Source: Candidatus Omnitrophota bacterium
GTDB taxonomy: Bacteria > Omnitrophota > Gorgyraeia > Gygaellales > Profunditerraquicolaceae
Direction: 5' to 3'
DNA: 64,000 nucleotides
NCBI GenBank assembly: GCA_003598025.1
Contig: QZKH01000002.1
Location: forward strand, 206,206-270,205
Positions 1 through 10,548 of the stretch are shown one piece after another. The stretch's first letter is position 1. Each line of letters opens with the position of its first letter. The notes beneath the pieces were generated by a model. It ran no database searches. It was not told the DNA's origin and worked only from the letters and a program-made list of their open reading frames with translations. A program made the translations under genes and the position numbers.

Positions 1-525
1 TATAAAGACGGTGCATATACATTTGAAAACGCAAAAAAGACTTCCCAAGATTTAATATCTATTTATAAAAAATGGATAGAGAAATACCCTGTTGTCTCCA
101 TTGAGGACGGCCTCTCTGAACATGATTGGTCTGGCTGGAAGAATATGACCCAGGCACTCGGAAACAGGCTCCAACTGGTTGGAGATGATATTTTTGTAAC
201 TAATCCGTCTATATTCAAAAAAGGTATTGATGAAAAGATCGGAAATGCTATACTAGTTAAAGTCAATCAGATCGGTTCGCTCTCCGAGACCCTTGAGACC
301 GTCAACATGGCTAAAGAAAACAAGTATAATTCCGTAATGTCGCATCGTTCAGGGGAGACAGAAGACGTTACTATCGCGCATCTGGCGGTTTCTACCGGAT
401 GTGGCCAGATAAAAACAGGGTCTTTGTCGCGTACCGACAGGATATGCAAATATAATGAGCTTCTCAGGATAGAGCAGGAATTAGGCAGTAATGCAGTATA
501 TTTTGGTACGCTCTGGAAGAAGTAA
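1..525 (+). CDS. eno: Enolase, C-terminal part (5' end outside window)
   Basis: Frame 1 is open from base 1; motifs [42 protein letters not shown]. Confidence 0.97.
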   Translation, partial: YKDGAYTFENAKKTSQDLISIYKKWIEKYPVVSIEDGLSEHDWSGWKNMTQALGNRLQLVGDDIFVTNPSIFKKGIDEKIGNAILVKVNQIGSLSETLETVNMAKENKYNSVMSHRSGETEDVTIAHLAVSTGCGQIKTGSLSRTDRICKYNELLRIEQELGSNAVYFGTLWKK

Positions 526-531
526 TAATGT

Positions 532-804
532 ATGTTAAAGAAAGCATTTTGGTTGTTCGGTATCGCGGTTTTGCTACTGATAATCTTTCTTCCGGGCTAC
601 ACCAAGCTTCAGGAATTAAGGGAGAGAAATAACGATCTCGAGAAAAAAATGCGGGATCTGAATATAAATAATTATTTACTTACGGAAGAACTGAAACGCG
701 TAAAAAGCGATACTCTTTATCAGGAAAATGTCGCAAGGCAAAAGATGGGGGTTGTCCGTAAGGGTGAAGTACCGATAAAAGTAATACCGGAAGAAAGTAG
801 ATAA
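532..804 (+). CDS. Septum formation initiator (FtsB/DivIC family)
   Basis: N-terminal TM helix, coiled coil, ENVARQKMGVVRKGE motif; follows eno as is common. Confidence 0.85.
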   Translation: MLKKAFWLFGIAVLLLIIFLPGYTKLQELRERNNDLEKKMRDLNINNYLLTEELKRVKSDTLYQENVARQKMGVVRKGEVPIKVIPEESR

Positions 805-813
805 AGTAAGTTT

Positions 814-893
814 GTGCATGGTTCATAGAGCGTAGTTCATGGATTTGATTAATTTATTCAGAACAGTGCTCTGTGCACGGTGAACCGTGAACT
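814..893. repeat. Empty inverted pair of heptamer tandem arrays (GTTCATR / YGTGAAC type)
   Basis: Left arm gtgcatg-gttcata-gagcgta-gttcatg; right arm cagtgct-ctgtgca-cggtgaa-ccgtgaa-ct. Confidence 0.8.
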
Positions 894-902
894 CTATAGA
901 TT

Positions 903-976
<74 letters not shown>

Positions 977-1166
977 TATTTTTAGAGTCCGTTCTCCCTC
1001 ATAGATAAAACCAACATCCGCCAGAATTATCCTTGATTTTCTTAATATATTTTTCCCTTGAATTATTGATTTGATGAAGTAAAATATAACCTGTAAGTAT
1101 TTGATCCCGGCAGTAGATAAATATTGCAGCAGGTTCATCCGGGATTCCATTCTTATGGAGGTGGGA

Positions 1167-1391
1167 ATGGAAAATATGAAATCGCCCCAGAACTGCTGGC
1201 AATATTGCTCTTGTGTTAAGGCTATTAGAGAGCGCTGTGCTGTTTATAAAGAAAAATATGGGCAGAGATGCTGGTTTCTCGCAGGATGCTCTCCTATGCA
1301 GCCTAGAGAATTCAAGAATTGCTGGGAATGCCCCTGGTATGCTGAAATATCAAAAAGAGAAAAAGTCCGAAACCGGGTCAAACAGGAATAA
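1167..1391 (+). CDS. Small Cys/Trp-rich protein (two-CW-domain-like)
   Basis: GGAGGT SD before ATG 1167; NCWQYCSC...C...RCW...C...NCWECPWY pattern. Confidence 0.65.
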   Translation: MENMKSPQNCWQYCSCVKAIRERCAVYKEKYGQRCWFLAGCSPMQPREFKNCWECPWYAEISKREKVRNRVKQE

Positions 1392-1404
1392 TATTTTTGA
1401 ATAT

Positions 1405-2130
1405 ATGACTCCTCGCGATAAATTTAATACGGGAACTGTCTTAAAGCAGCCCCCGTATTTTTTTTATCGGCAGGCCGCAATATTTTTCTTGCTGGTTTTT
1501 ATATCAGCAAATACCTGCACATATTCTTACGCCGAAACCGTGATTCTTAAATCCGGAAAACAGGTCAACGGAGACATCATTGAGAGGACAGATAAGCATA
1601 TAAAAATTGATTTTGAGGGCGTGCCGTTGGTGTATTTTGTTGATGAAATTGACAGGATCGTCCCTGAACCTTCTCCGGAGCTTTTAAAGATAGAAGGCAG
1701 CCTTGACCGTAATGCAGACATAATCCGGCCGGAAGCACAGAGCCCTGAGGAGGAAGTTCCCGCTCAGGAATACGAGAATGAGGTTAACGCAATAGTACAG
1801 GATTCAATGTCATCTATAATGAGCGAATCAAACAGTATTATGCAGGGCTCAGGCAACAAGGCCTCACTGGAAGGGGTAAAGAAAAAATCCGAGGAAGCTT
1901 ATAAAAAACTTCAGAACATGAAAGCGCCGGAAGGGGCCAGCCAGCAGCATCAGCTTTTGGCTGATACTTTCAAGCTTTCCTCTGAACTTATGAAAGCTGC
2001 AATGGATGGCGATCAGGCAAAGATAGCCGAAATAAACAGTAAATTGATGCAGCTTAGGCAAGAGATTACGTCACAGGCCGCGACAAGTAATGTACCGGAT
2101 AGAAACAGTAACACCGGAAATAAAAAATAA
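1405..2130 (+). CDS. Exported hypothetical protein (small beta N-domain ETVILKSGKQVNGDI plus helical C-terminus)
   Basis: Hydrophobic signal-like stretch ending SYA; start uncertain (ORF track starts at 1213, which overlaps the upstream ORF). Confidence 0.65.
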   Translation: MTPRDKFNTGTVLKQPPYFFYRQAAIFFLLVFISANTCTYSYAETVILKSGKQVNGDIIERTDKHIKIDFEGVPLVYFVDEIDRIVPEPSPELLKIEGSLDRNADIIRPEAQSPEEEVPAQEYENEVNAIVQDSMSSIMSESNSIMQGSGNKASLEGVKKKSEEAYKKLQNMKAPEGASQQHQLLADTFKLSSELMKAAMDGDQAKIAEINSKLMQLRQEITSQAATSNVPDRNSNTGNKK

Positions 2131-2145
2131 TTTTTTAATTCTATT

Positions 2146-2580
2146 GTGGAGAGATATTCTTTGGAGATAATGGAAAGTAAACAGATAAGGATTTCTTTGA
2201 TATCACTGCTTTCGTTGATATTTTTTGGCTATAGTTTCTTGTTTTTTACTTTCTTTTTCCCTTTGAGAAGCTACCCCTGGTTTATCACTCTTAAATATTT
2301 GTTTTGTACTATTGTCAGCCTGCTAGGATTGATCGCTTCGATCTTTGTGTTTGACAATAAGAAATGGGCGCTGAAAATGATACTTGGCTCCTGTCTGGTT
2401 TTTCTCGGGTTTTGGCTTATCACGGATATCGGCCAGTTTATTGCCCTGGAGTCTTTGTTAAAGAGCCCGATAGCCAGGCTTTCGATAGTCCTGAATGAAA
2501 GAAAAGTAATCGTATATATATTTTGGTTACTACTTGCCTGGTTCTTATCTCTGCCTAAAATACGGGATGAATTCAAATAG
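2146..2580 (+). CDS. Hypothetical membrane protein (about 4 TM helices)
   Basis: Four hydrophobic segments; ends LPKIRDEFK. Confidence 0.65.
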   Translation: MERYSLEIMESKQIRISLISLLSLIFFGYSFLFFTFFFPLRSYPWFITLKYLFCTIVSLLGLIASIFVFDNKKWALKMILGSCLVFLGFWLITDIGQFIALESLLKSPIARLSIVLNERKVIVYIFWLLLAWFLSLPKIRDEFK

Positions 2581-2662
2581 TGCATAGAGATGAGTTCATG
2601 GTTGATGGTTCGTGGACATATGAATATTTCTATGAACCATGAACTATGAACAATGAACTAAT
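2580..2662. repeat. Empty inverted pair of heptamer arrays
   Basis: gttcatg-gttgatg-gttcgtg ... tatttctatgaa-ccatgaa-ctatgaa-caatgaa-ctaat. Confidence 0.88.
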
Positions 2663-2671
2663 ATAATCCCC

Positions 2672-2699
2672 TTGACAATTTCTGGTTCATGGATAATAT
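2672..2699 (+). promoter_or_regulatory. Putative sigma70 promoter
   Basis: TTGACA-16 bp-TAATAT upstream of the ORF at 2834. Confidence 0.45.
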
Positions 2700-2833
2700 A
2701 TAAATGATTGGTAAGGTAGAAAAAATTTATAGCAGCAAAACGTCTTCATAACATTTTATTTACAAACCTGCCTTATCAAGCCACCATAATTAACAAATAA
2801 TTACAGCAAAAATATTTCTTTAGGAGAATTTCT

Positions 2834-3088
2834 ATGGATGCGATTCTTTTCCTCAGGCTTCTGGATGACGAACGTGTTGCCCGGGAGATTGACAGGTACA
2901 AATGGATAGAGAGTGAAAGGCTAAAAAAGGATATAGGCAGGGAAAGGGCAGCTATGGAATGGATCAAGGCCTACGGCATGATTTGGCTTAAAATACACAA
3001 GCCAAATGACTATAGCTTTCTTATAGGCCGGGGAAAAACCGGTTATTTAGATAGCAGTCAAGCTAAACCTTTGACTGCGAAGATATAA
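2834..3088 (+). CDS. Small hypothetical protein, DUF4032-like
   Basis: AGGAG SD; EIDRYKWIESERLKKDIGRERAAMEW resembles the DUF4032 core as I recall it. Confidence 0.6.
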   Translation: MDAILFLRLLDDERVAREIDRYKWIESERLKKDIGRERAAMEWIKAYGMIWLKIHKPNDYSFLIGRGKTGYLDSSQAKPLTAKI

Positions 3089-3211
3089 TAAGATTGCTTG
3101 CAGCATTATTGAAGGTCACCCGGGTTAAAATTAGCGTTTTTTGGCTGGCTGACAAGTTTATATACCTCTTTTAGTTAGGCAAAATCAGCATTTATAGCTA
3201 TAGAAATTGAT

Positions 3212-3239
3212 TTGCCAAAGATTTAAATTCTGATATAAT
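3212..3239 (+). promoter_or_regulatory. Putative sigma70 promoter for purB
   Basis: TTGCCA-16 bp-TATAAT with a TG extended -10. Confidence 0.55.
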
Positions 3240-3254
3240 AATTGCCTGCGGAGG

Positions 3255-4553
3255 ATGCCTATGATTGAGCGTTATTGTCTGCCCCAAATGGGAAAAATAT
3301 GGCAGGAGGATTTTAAGTTCAGGACGATGCTTGCCATAGAAATATTTGCCTTAGAATACCTTGCCTCTAAAAAAGCGGTCCCGCTTGACTCTCTAAAAAG
3401 AATAAAGAAAAAAGCAAAATTTGATATTAAACAGATAAAGAAAATAGAAGAAAAAACCCAGCACGATGTCGTTGCTTTTGTCAATTGCGTCGGAAGTTAT
3501 ATCGGGAAAGACGCAAAATACCTGCATATGGGGCTTACGTCTTCAGATGTGCTTGATACTACTTTAGGGGTACAACTTAAGAGTGCTTCTGATATTATAG
3601 TCGGCGGACTTAACAGGGTGCTTTTTGTGCTTTCCAGAAAAGCCTTGAAATATAAAGATATGGTTTGCATAGGCAGGACCCACGGTATACATGCTGAACC
3701 GACGACATTCGGCCTTAAGCTGGCGCTATGGTATGACGAAACCAAGCGTAATATAGAAAGAATGCGTTCCGCAAAAGAAGCAGTATCAACCGGAAAGATA
3801 TCCGGAGCTGTGGGTACATATGCCAATATAGACCCGCAGGCAGAAGCTTATATCTGCAGGAAGCTCGGGCTCAGGCCGGCTAAGATTTCTACACAGATAA
3901 TCCAGAGGGATATTTATGCCGAGTATATGTGCACATTGGCTATAATCGGAGCTTCTTTAGAAAAATTCGCCACTGAGATAAGGCATCTTCAGCGTACGGA
4001 AGTCCTGGAAGCAGAAGAGCCTTTTGGAAAAGGCCAGAAGGGGTCTTCTGCTATGCCGCATAAGAGAAACCCTGTTATTTGTGAACGTATATGCGGTCTC
4101 AGCCGTTTATTGAGAGGTAATGCGTTAGTTGCGCTTGAGAATGTGTCATTGTGGCATGAGCGCGATATCAGCCATTCTTCGGCAGAAAGGGTTATATTTG
4201 CCGATTCTACCCTGGCGTTGGATTACATGCTCCATAAATTCATAGAAGTAATCGATGGGCTCGTTGTGCATCCTGATAATATGCTGGCGAATATGGCTAA
4301 GACCAAGGGCCTGATATTTTCTCAAAGGGTGCTTTTAGCGCTTATGGCTAAGGGTCTTGCGCGCAGCCAGGCTTATGATATAGTGCAGAGGTGCGCGATG
4401 AAGACCTGGAAGGGCCAAAAGAGTTTCAGGGATAACTTACTTCAAGACAGCCAGCTCCTGAAACATCTCAACCCCAAAGAATTAGATAAGATATTTGACT
4501 TGGATTATTACCTCCGGCATGTTGATAAGATCTTCCATAATGTCGGGCTGTAA
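3255..4553 (+). CDS. purB: Adenylosuccinate lyase
   Basis: GSSAMPHKRNP signature; GRTHGIHAEPTTFG; WHERDISHSS. Confidence 0.97.
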   Translation: MPMIERYCLPQMGKIWQEDFKFRTMLAIEIFALEYLASKKAVPLDSLKRIKKKAKFDIKQIKKIEEKTQHDVVAFVNCVGSYIGKDAKYLHMGLTSSDVLDTTLGVQLKSASDIIVGGLNRVLFVLSRKALKYKDMVCIGRTHGIHAEPTTFGLKLALWYDETKRNIERMRSAKEAVSTGKISGAVGTYANIDPQAEAYICRKLGLRPAKISTQIIQRDIYAEYMCTLAIIGASLEKFATEIRHLQRTEVLEAEEPFGKGQKGSSAMPHKRNPVICERICGLSRLLRGNALVALENVSLWHERDISHSSAERVIFADSTLALDYMLHKFIEVIDGLVVHPDNMLANMAKTKGLIFSQRVLLALMAKGLARSQAYDIVQRCAMKTWKGQKSFRDNLLQDSQLLKHLNPKELDKIFDLDYYLRHVDKIFHNVGL

Positions 4554-4747
4554 TAATATATACAATATTGTTAATGCTTTACCCTGCCAGAAATAATAAG
4601 CGGTACCATTGAGCAGAAATTAAAAGCAGAGCAGGAAGTTGAGAGGGTGTCGTTTGTCCTTAGAATAAACCACTCTTTGGGAAATAAATAATACATTATT
4701 TTGCCTTTTAAAACTAATTTTTTCCTGCCTAATTTTACGGAGTTTTC

Positions 4748-7651
4748 ATGTCTTGGAAAATTGAAATAAAAGATAAAGCCGAGGTATTTGATGCAATCGG
4801 AGAGGGTATTAAGCGGGATATCTTTGACCTGGGTATTTACGACGTTGAAGATGTAAAGTTTATACAGATATATATAATAAAGGACAGCATTACCCCTGAT
4901 GATGTAAAGAAAATATGCGAGGAAGTCCTTTTAGACAGCGTTTCACAAGAGTACTCTTTTTCAAAAACCAGCCAAATAAACAATAGTTTCGGCAATAATA
5001 CCCACGTAGTCGAAGTAGCCTATAATCCGGGAGTTATGGACCCGGTTGAAGAGTCCAGCCTTAAAGCAATCAGGGACATAGGAATATCCGCGGTAACTTC
5101 CATAAAAACAGCTAAAAAATATATCATCAAAGGCAGGCTTAATAACCATCAGCTGAAAATAATCTGTGATAAATTATTATACAATAAGCTTATACAGCAT
5201 ATAGTCCCGCGCATGGCAGAAGACAAAATCCCGGCGGAAGTAAAATATCAATTCAGATTAGTTACTGTCGGGTTGCTAAAAGCCGGTGATAAGAAATTAA
5301 TGCAGCTTAGTAAAAGCGGGCAATTGTTTCTTAATATAAATGAGATGCGCGCAATTAAGGATTACTTCAGGAAGCTTAAACGCGATCCTACGGATTGTGA
5401 GCTGGAGACCATAGCCCAGACCTGGTCAGAGCATTGCTGGCATAAAACGTTCAGGGGTAAGATAGATTATAAACAGTCAACTGTGAACGGTGCACTGTGC
5501 ACTAAAAAGATTGATAATCTCCTTAAATCAACGATAATGAAGGTCACCAAAGAGCTTAATAAGCCCTGGTGCGTATCGGTATTCAAGGATAACTCAGGTG
5601 TCATAAAGTTTGATGACGATTACAACATTTGTTTTAAAGTAGAGACCCATAACCATCCTTCAGCACTTGAGCCTTTCGGAGGGGCAAATACCGGTGTGGG
5701 CGGGGTAATCCGTGACCCGTTAGGCACCGGTATGGGCGCAAAACCTATCCTTAATACCGACGTTTTTTGTTTTGCCAGCCCGGATTATCCTTTCAGTAAA
5801 TTACCGGCAGGTACGTTGCATCCGAAAAGAGTGATGAAGGGGGTTGTTTCAGGAGTCAGGGATTATGGTAACAAAATGGGGATCCCCACTGTTAACGGCG
5901 CCATCCTTTTTCATGACAGATTTGTGGGCAATCCATTAGTTTATTGCGGCACCGTCGGAATAATGCCTAAAGACAAAGCATTTAAAAACCCGAGGAAGGG
6001 GGATTTAATCGTTGTAGTCGGCGGCAGGACGGGAAGAGACGGCATACACGGTGCGACATTCTCTTCCGGCGAGCTTACCCATGAGTCTGAAACAATATCA
6101 AGCGGGGCAGTCCAGATCGGTAATCCCATACAGGAAAAAAAGATGGTTGATACTATCCTTAAAGCAAGGGATAGGGGTTTGTATAGCGCGATAACTGATT
6201 GCGGAGCTGGCGGGCTATCCAGTGCGGTCGGGGAAATGGGCCAAGACCTGGGAGCGGTTGTATATTTGGATAAAGTCCCGCTTAAATATAGCGGCCTCTC
6301 TTATATGGAGATATGGATCTCGGAGTCGCAGGAAAGAATGGTCCTTTCGGTGCCGAAAGAGAATATAGCAGAATTGATAGATGTTTTTACTAAGGAGAAT
6401 GTGGAAGCAGCAGTTATCGGAGAGTTCCCGGGTGATGATAAATTAAGGCTTTATTATAACGATAAGAAAGTCTGTGAATTGGAAATGGGTTTTCTGCATG
6501 AAGGGCTGCCTAAAATAGAAAAGAAAGCCGTATTTAAACAGCATATTTACAGGGAACCGAAGCTTCGCTGTCCAAAGGATGTGACTAAAACTTTAAAACA
6601 GCTTCTTTCTCATTATGATATCTGTTCCAAGGAGTGGGTTATAAGGCAATATGACCATGAAGTCCAGGGGGGGTCTGTTGTTAAGCCTCTTATAGGCAAG
6701 TTTAACGACGGCCCGGCTGATGCTTCAGTAAACAGGCCTTTATTAAATTCAAACAGGGGCATTATTTTATCTAACGGGATCAATTTCAGGTTCGGCCTAA
6801 TCGACCCTTACTGGATGGCTGCTTCATGCATTGACGAGGCATTAAGGCAGATAATCGCAGTCGGCGGATCACTTGGGAGGGTCGCATTATTAGATAATTT
6901 TTGCTGGGGCAATCCTGATAAGCCTGATAGGCTTGGAGGTTTAGTGCGCGCTGCTTTAGGATGTTATGATATTGCAAAAGGTTTTGGCCTGCCTTTTATA
7001 TCGGGTAAAGACAGCCTGTATAACGAATTCACGGTCAATAAAAGATCCATCTCTATCCCGGGTACTTTACTGATTTCTGCCATTGCAGTCATGCAGGATG
7101 TATCAAAAGCCGTTTCGATGTACCTTAAGAAGCCGGGCAACCTCGTGTATATCGTAGGAGAAACTTTTAATGAGTTGGGAGGGTCACATTACTATGATAT
7201 TCTTGGTTATGTAGGCAATACCGTACCGAAGGTAGATGTTATTAAGGCAAAGAAAACATTTGTCGCTTTAAGTAAAGCTGCCTCTAGCGGCCTGGTAGAA
7301 TCTATCCATGATTGTTCTGACGGAGGCTTAGCCGTGAGTTGCGCCGAGATGTCTTTTGCTGGGAACCTTGGCATGAGAGTTTTCTTATCCGAGGCGCCGT
7401 TTAATAACAGCAAGGCAAGGCTTAGTAATGATTGTGTGCTTTTTTCCGAATCTAATTCCAGATTTATAGTAGAAGTGAGCCGCGAAAACCAAAAAGCTTT
7501 TGAAAAAACGCTTAAAGGCATTGTTTACGGCTTAATCGGATGCGTAACTAAAGAGGGTATATTGGAAGTCCATGGTTTAGACGGTAAAACATGTATCAGG
7601 GCATCTGTAGATGAGCTTAAGACGGCCTGGAAGGAGCCTTTGCAATGGTGA
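4748..7651 (+). CDS. purL: FGAM synthase PurL with N-terminal PurS-like domains
   Basis: WSEHCWHK, KVETHNHPSALEPFGGA, DCGAGG, SESQERM; N-terminal PGVMDP...LLYNKLI PurS-like segment. Confidence 0.95.
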   Translation: MSWKIEIKDKAEVFDAIGEGIKRDIFDLGIYDVEDVKFIQIYIIKDSITPDDVKKICEEVLLDSVSQEYSFSKTSQINNSFGNNTHVVEVAYNPGVMDPVEESSLKAIRDIGISAVTSIKTAKKYIIKGRLNNHQLKIICDKLLYNKLIQHIVPRMAEDKIPAEVKYQFRLVTVGLLKAGDKKLMQLSKSGQLFLNINEMRAIKDYFRKLKRDPTDCELETIAQTWSEHCWHKTFRGKIDYKQSTVNGALCTKKIDNLLKSTIMKVTKELNKPWCVSVFKDNSGVIKFDDDYNICFKVETHNHPSALEPFGGANTGVGGVIRDPLGTGMGAKPILNTDVFCFASPDYPFSKLPAGTLHPKRVMKGVVSGVRDYGNKMGIPTVNGAILFHDRFVGNPLVYCGTVGIMPKDKAFKNPRKGDLIVVVGGRTGRDGIHGATFSSGELTHESETISSGAVQIGNPIQEKKMVDTILKARDRGLYSAITDCGAGGLSSAVGEMGQDLGAVVYLDKVPLKYSGLSYMEIWISESQERMVLSVPKENIAELIDVFTKENVEAAVIGEFPGDDKLRLYYNDKKVCELEMGFLHEGLPKIEKKAVFKQHIYREPKLRCPKDVTKTLKQLLSHYDICSKEWVIRQYDHEVQGGSVVKPLIGKFNDGPADASVNRPLLNSNRGIILSNGINFRFGLIDPYWMAASCIDEALRQIIAVGGSLGRVALLDNFCWGNPDKPDRLGGLVRAALGCYDIAKGFGLPFISGKDSLYNEFTVNKRSISIPGTLLISAIAVMQDVSKAVSMYLKKPGNLVYIVGETFNELGGSHYYDILGYVGNTVPKVDVIKAKKTFVALSKAASSGLVESIHDCSDGGLAVSCAEMSFAGNLGMRVFLSEAPFNNSKARLSNDCVLFSESNSRFIVEVSRENQKAFEKTLKGIVYGLIGCVTKEGILEVHGLDGKTCIRASVDELKTAWKEPLQW
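5474..5505. repeat. In-frame heptamer array inside purL
   Basis: cagtcaa-ctgtgaa-cggtgca-ctgtgca-ctaa, encoding QSTVNGALCT. Confidence 0.75.
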
Positions 7652-8325
7652 AAAATACTAAGCGCAAGAAAGACGAGCTATTGGATGATTCAGATGATTT
7701 TGTAAGGCAGGATACTTGGCGGGTGTTCCGTATAATGTCGGAATTCGTCGAAGGTTTTGAAGTATTATCCAAACTGGGAGAAGCTGTTTCGATATTCGGC
7801 TCAAGCAGGACAAAACCGGATAATAAACACTACAAATTGGCCGAGGAAGTCGCCTATCTTTTGGCAAAAGAAGGTTATGCTGTTATTACCGGCAGCGGCC
7901 CCGGGCTTATGGAAGCTGCCAACAAAGGGGCAAAGAGGGCATGCGGGTGTTCTGTGGGCTTAAATATTCAGATACCCAGCGAGCAAAAAGCAAATAAATA
8001 TGTAGATACGCTTCTTGATTTTCATTATTTTTTTGTCAGAAAAGTGATGTTTGTTAAATATGCCAAAGCTTTTGTAATACTCCCCGGAGGTTACGGGACG
8101 CTGGATGAGTTCACCGAGGCCATTAATCTTATTCAGACCAAGAGGATATCCAAATTCCCCGTAGTCTTATTCGGCTCGGAATATTGGAAGGGCCTTCTGG
8201 ATTGGCTTAAAAGCACTGTTTTAGCAAACGGTAACATAAGCAAAGAGGACCTGGATATTTTTGTTGTTGTGGATAAGCCCAAAGAAGTAGTCGATGCCAT
8301 AAGGAAGTTTTATGCAAAAGCCTAA
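7645..8325 (+). CDS. LOG family protein (TIGR00730-like nucleotide phosphoribohydrolase)
   Basis: SIFGSSR, TGSGPGLMEAANKGA, FFVRKVMF, PGGYGTLDE. Confidence 0.92.
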   Translation: MVKNTKRKKDELLDDSDDFVRQDTWRVFRIMSEFVEGFEVLSKLGEAVSIFGSSRTKPDNKHYKLAEEVAYLLAKEGYAVITGSGPGLMEAANKGAKRACGCSVGLNIQIPSEQKANKYVDTLLDFHYFFVRKVMFVKYAKAFVILPGGYGTLDEFTEAINLIQTKRISKFPVVLFGSEYWKGLLDWLKSTVLANGNISKEDLDIFVVVDKPKEVVDAIRKFYAKA

Positions 8326-9136
8326 AGTCTGCGTATTAAGAAGCGCAGGTACCAACTGTGATTTAGAAACCGCTGCTGCTTTTGGAAAAGCAGGCGCTGT
8401 ATGTGAATTAGTGCATATAAACGAGCTTATAGCAGGCAGCAGGAGCCTGCATAGTTTTCAGATATTGGCTATACCCGGCGGATTTACTTACGGTGATGAC
8501 CTGGGCGCAGGCAGGGTTTTTGCCAATGAGCTGAGGTTTAAACTGCGCAAGGATATAGAGAATTTTATCTCAGAAGGAAAGGTCATAATAGGCATATGCA
8601 ATGGTTTCCAGATATTAGTAAAAAGCGGGTTATTGGCAGGCGCTAAAGACTTTAAACAGCAGGCAAGCCTGATAATTAACGATAGCGCAAAATTTGAGGA
8701 TAGGTGGGTTTATTTAAAGCCGTCAGCTATCAGCCGTCAGCTATCAGCTAAATGCGTGTGGACGCGTAATTTACCTGACAAGATTTATCTGCCGGTTGCC
8801 CACGGGGAAGGGAAATTCATAACCAGAGACAAAAATGTGCTTGATAACCTTTTTAAGAGCGGGCAGGTTGTTCTGCAATATTGCGATGAAGATACGCAGT
8901 TGGCAGACTATCCTTATAATCCGAACGGTTCAATAGAGAATATCGCCGGTATATGCGATGAAACGGGAAGGATCTTCGGGCTTATGCCGCATCCGGAGCG
9001 CCATATTGATCTATTGCAGCATCCAAGGTCATGGACTGAAAATGCAGCAGGAGTAAAAGAAGGCGATGGTTTGCAGATATTCAGAAACGGTGTTGAATAT
9101 ATAATAAATGAGCTTAGAAAGGGGAAATTTGAATGA
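8312..9136 (+). CDS. purQ: FGAM synthase glutaminase subunit
   Basis: GTNCD, PGGFTYGD, GICNGFQ, AHGEG, MPHPER. Confidence 0.96.
   Translation: MQKPKVCVLRSAGTNCDLETAAAFGKAGAVCELVHINELIAGSRSLHSFQILAIPGGFTYGDDLGAGRVFANELRFKLRKDIENFISEGKVIIGICNGFQILVKSGLLAGAKDFKQQASLIINDSAKFEDRWVYLKPSAISRQLSAKCVWTRNLPDKIYLPVAHGEGKFITRDKNVLDNLFKSGQVVLQYCDEDTQLADYPYNPNGSIENIAGICDETGRIFGLMPHPERHIDLLQHPRSWTENAAGVKEGDGLQIFRNGVEYIINELRKGKFE
8719..8750. repeat. In-frame heptamer array inside purQ
   Basis: gccgtca-gctatca-gccgtca-gctatca-gcta, encoding PSAISRQLSA. Confidence 0.85.
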
Positions 9137-10527
9137 GCGGTATATTCGGAGTAATCTCCAGGGACAGCTGTAGTGATGATTTGTTTTATGGCACTGATTA
9201 TCATTCTCACCTCGGCACGCAGTTTGCGGGGCTGGCAGTTTCAACCGGGGAAATTCAACGTAAAATACATGATATAAAAGGCAGCCAGTTTAAAGCTAAA
9301 TTCTTTACAGAATATAAAAATATGCAGGGGGCTATGGGCATAGGGGTGATCAGCTCTAAAGAAGAACAGCCCATATTGGTGCATTCCAGATTCGGTGCAT
9401 TTGCCATAGTGACTAATGGATTTATTGACAATGCGGTTCAGCTAGCCGAGGATCTTTATAAGAAAGGGCAGTCCTTCAGTGAAGTAACCGACGGCTCTGT
9501 CAATACCACGGAATTAATTGCCAAATTAATAATAAGAGGAGAAAATATAATTGATGGCATAGAAAAGATGTTTAAGGCGATAAGGGGTTCCTGTTCCTTG
9601 CTTTTGTTGACTAAGGATGGGATCTATGCGGCCAGGGACCGTCTGGGATATAGCGCTTTGACTGTCGGGATAAAATCGGGCTCTTTCGCGGTCACTACAG
9701 AAACAAGCGCTTTTCATAATCTTGGATATAAAATAGACAAGAGCCTTGAGCCCGGAGAGATAATATTTTTAAACAAGCGAGGTATCACAACCAGAAAAAA
9801 GTGTTCGGATAAAAAACAAATTTGTTCATTCTTATGGATATATACCGGGTTTCCTGCTTCTTCCTATGAAGGCCACAACGTAGAGGCGGCAAGAGAAAGG
9901 TGCGGTCGCTGCCTGGCTAAGAATGATATGGTTGATGCGGATATGGTTGCCGGGATACCGGATTCAGGCACCGCGCATGCAATAGGTTATGCGATGGAAT
10001 CAGGCATACCTTTACGCAGGCCACTGGTAAAATATACCCCTGGTTATGACCGTAGCTATACTCCGCCTTCCCAGCATATGCGTGATTTGGTCGCAAGGAT
10101 GAAGCTTATTCCTATTCCCGAGATCATAAAGGGCAAGCGCATAGTTTTTTGTGATGATTCAATCGTCAGGGGCACGCAACTCAAGAATTATACTATTCAG
10201 AAACTCATTAATTGCGGAGCAAAACAGATCCATTTGAGGATCGCCTGCCCGCCGCTTATGTTCCCGTGCAAATTCAATTATTCCACCCGTCAGATAAAAG
10301 AATTAGCTGCCCGTAAGGCGATCAGAGCGCTTGAAGGCAAAGATACCAAAAATATAAAACGGTATCTTGATGAAGGATCATACGAATATAAAAGAATGGT
10401 AAAGTGGATTGCCAGGGACTTAAAGGTTGATACTTTAAGATATCTGAAACTGCAGGACATGATCCAGGCTATCGGTTTACCTGAGCAAAAAATATGCCAG
10501 TATTGCTGGACCGGCAAAGAGGGTTAA
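9133..10527 (+). CDS. Amidophosphoribosyltransferase-like protein lacking the N-terminal Cys
   Basis: PurF fold motifs (IPDSG, DDSIVRGT, CPP, CQYC) but the N-terminus is MSGIFG. Confidence 0.88.
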   Translation: MSGIFGVISRDSCSDDLFYGTDYHSHLGTQFAGLAVSTGEIQRKIHDIKGSQFKAKFFTEYKNMQGAMGIGVISSKEEQPILVHSRFGAFAIVTNGFIDNAVQLAEDLYKKGQSFSEVTDGSVNTTELIAKLIIRGENIIDGIEKMFKAIRGSCSLLLLTKDGIYAARDRLGYSALTVGIKSGSFAVTTETSAFHNLGYKIDKSLEPGEIIFLNKRGITTRKKCSDKKQICSFLWIYTGFPASSYEGHNVEAARERCGRCLAKNDMVDADMVAGIPDSGTAHAIGYAMESGIPLRRPLVKYTPGYDRSYTPPSQHMRDLVARMKLIPIPEIIKGKRIVFCDDSIVRGTQLKNYTIQKLINCGAKQIHLRIACPPLMFPCKFNYSTRQIKELAARKAIRALEGKDTKNIKRYLDEGSYEYKRMVKWIARDLKVDTLRYLKLQDMIQAIGLPEQKICQYCWTGKEG

Positions 10528-10548
10528 CTTTTTTAAGCAGAGGAAAAT

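Noticed and set aside
4554-4747. Purine or ZTP riboswitch, or small ORF, between purB and purL
   Set aside because: No recognisable aptamer consensus by eye; a short open frame (PEIISGT...) lacks a credible start. An Rfam scan would settle it.
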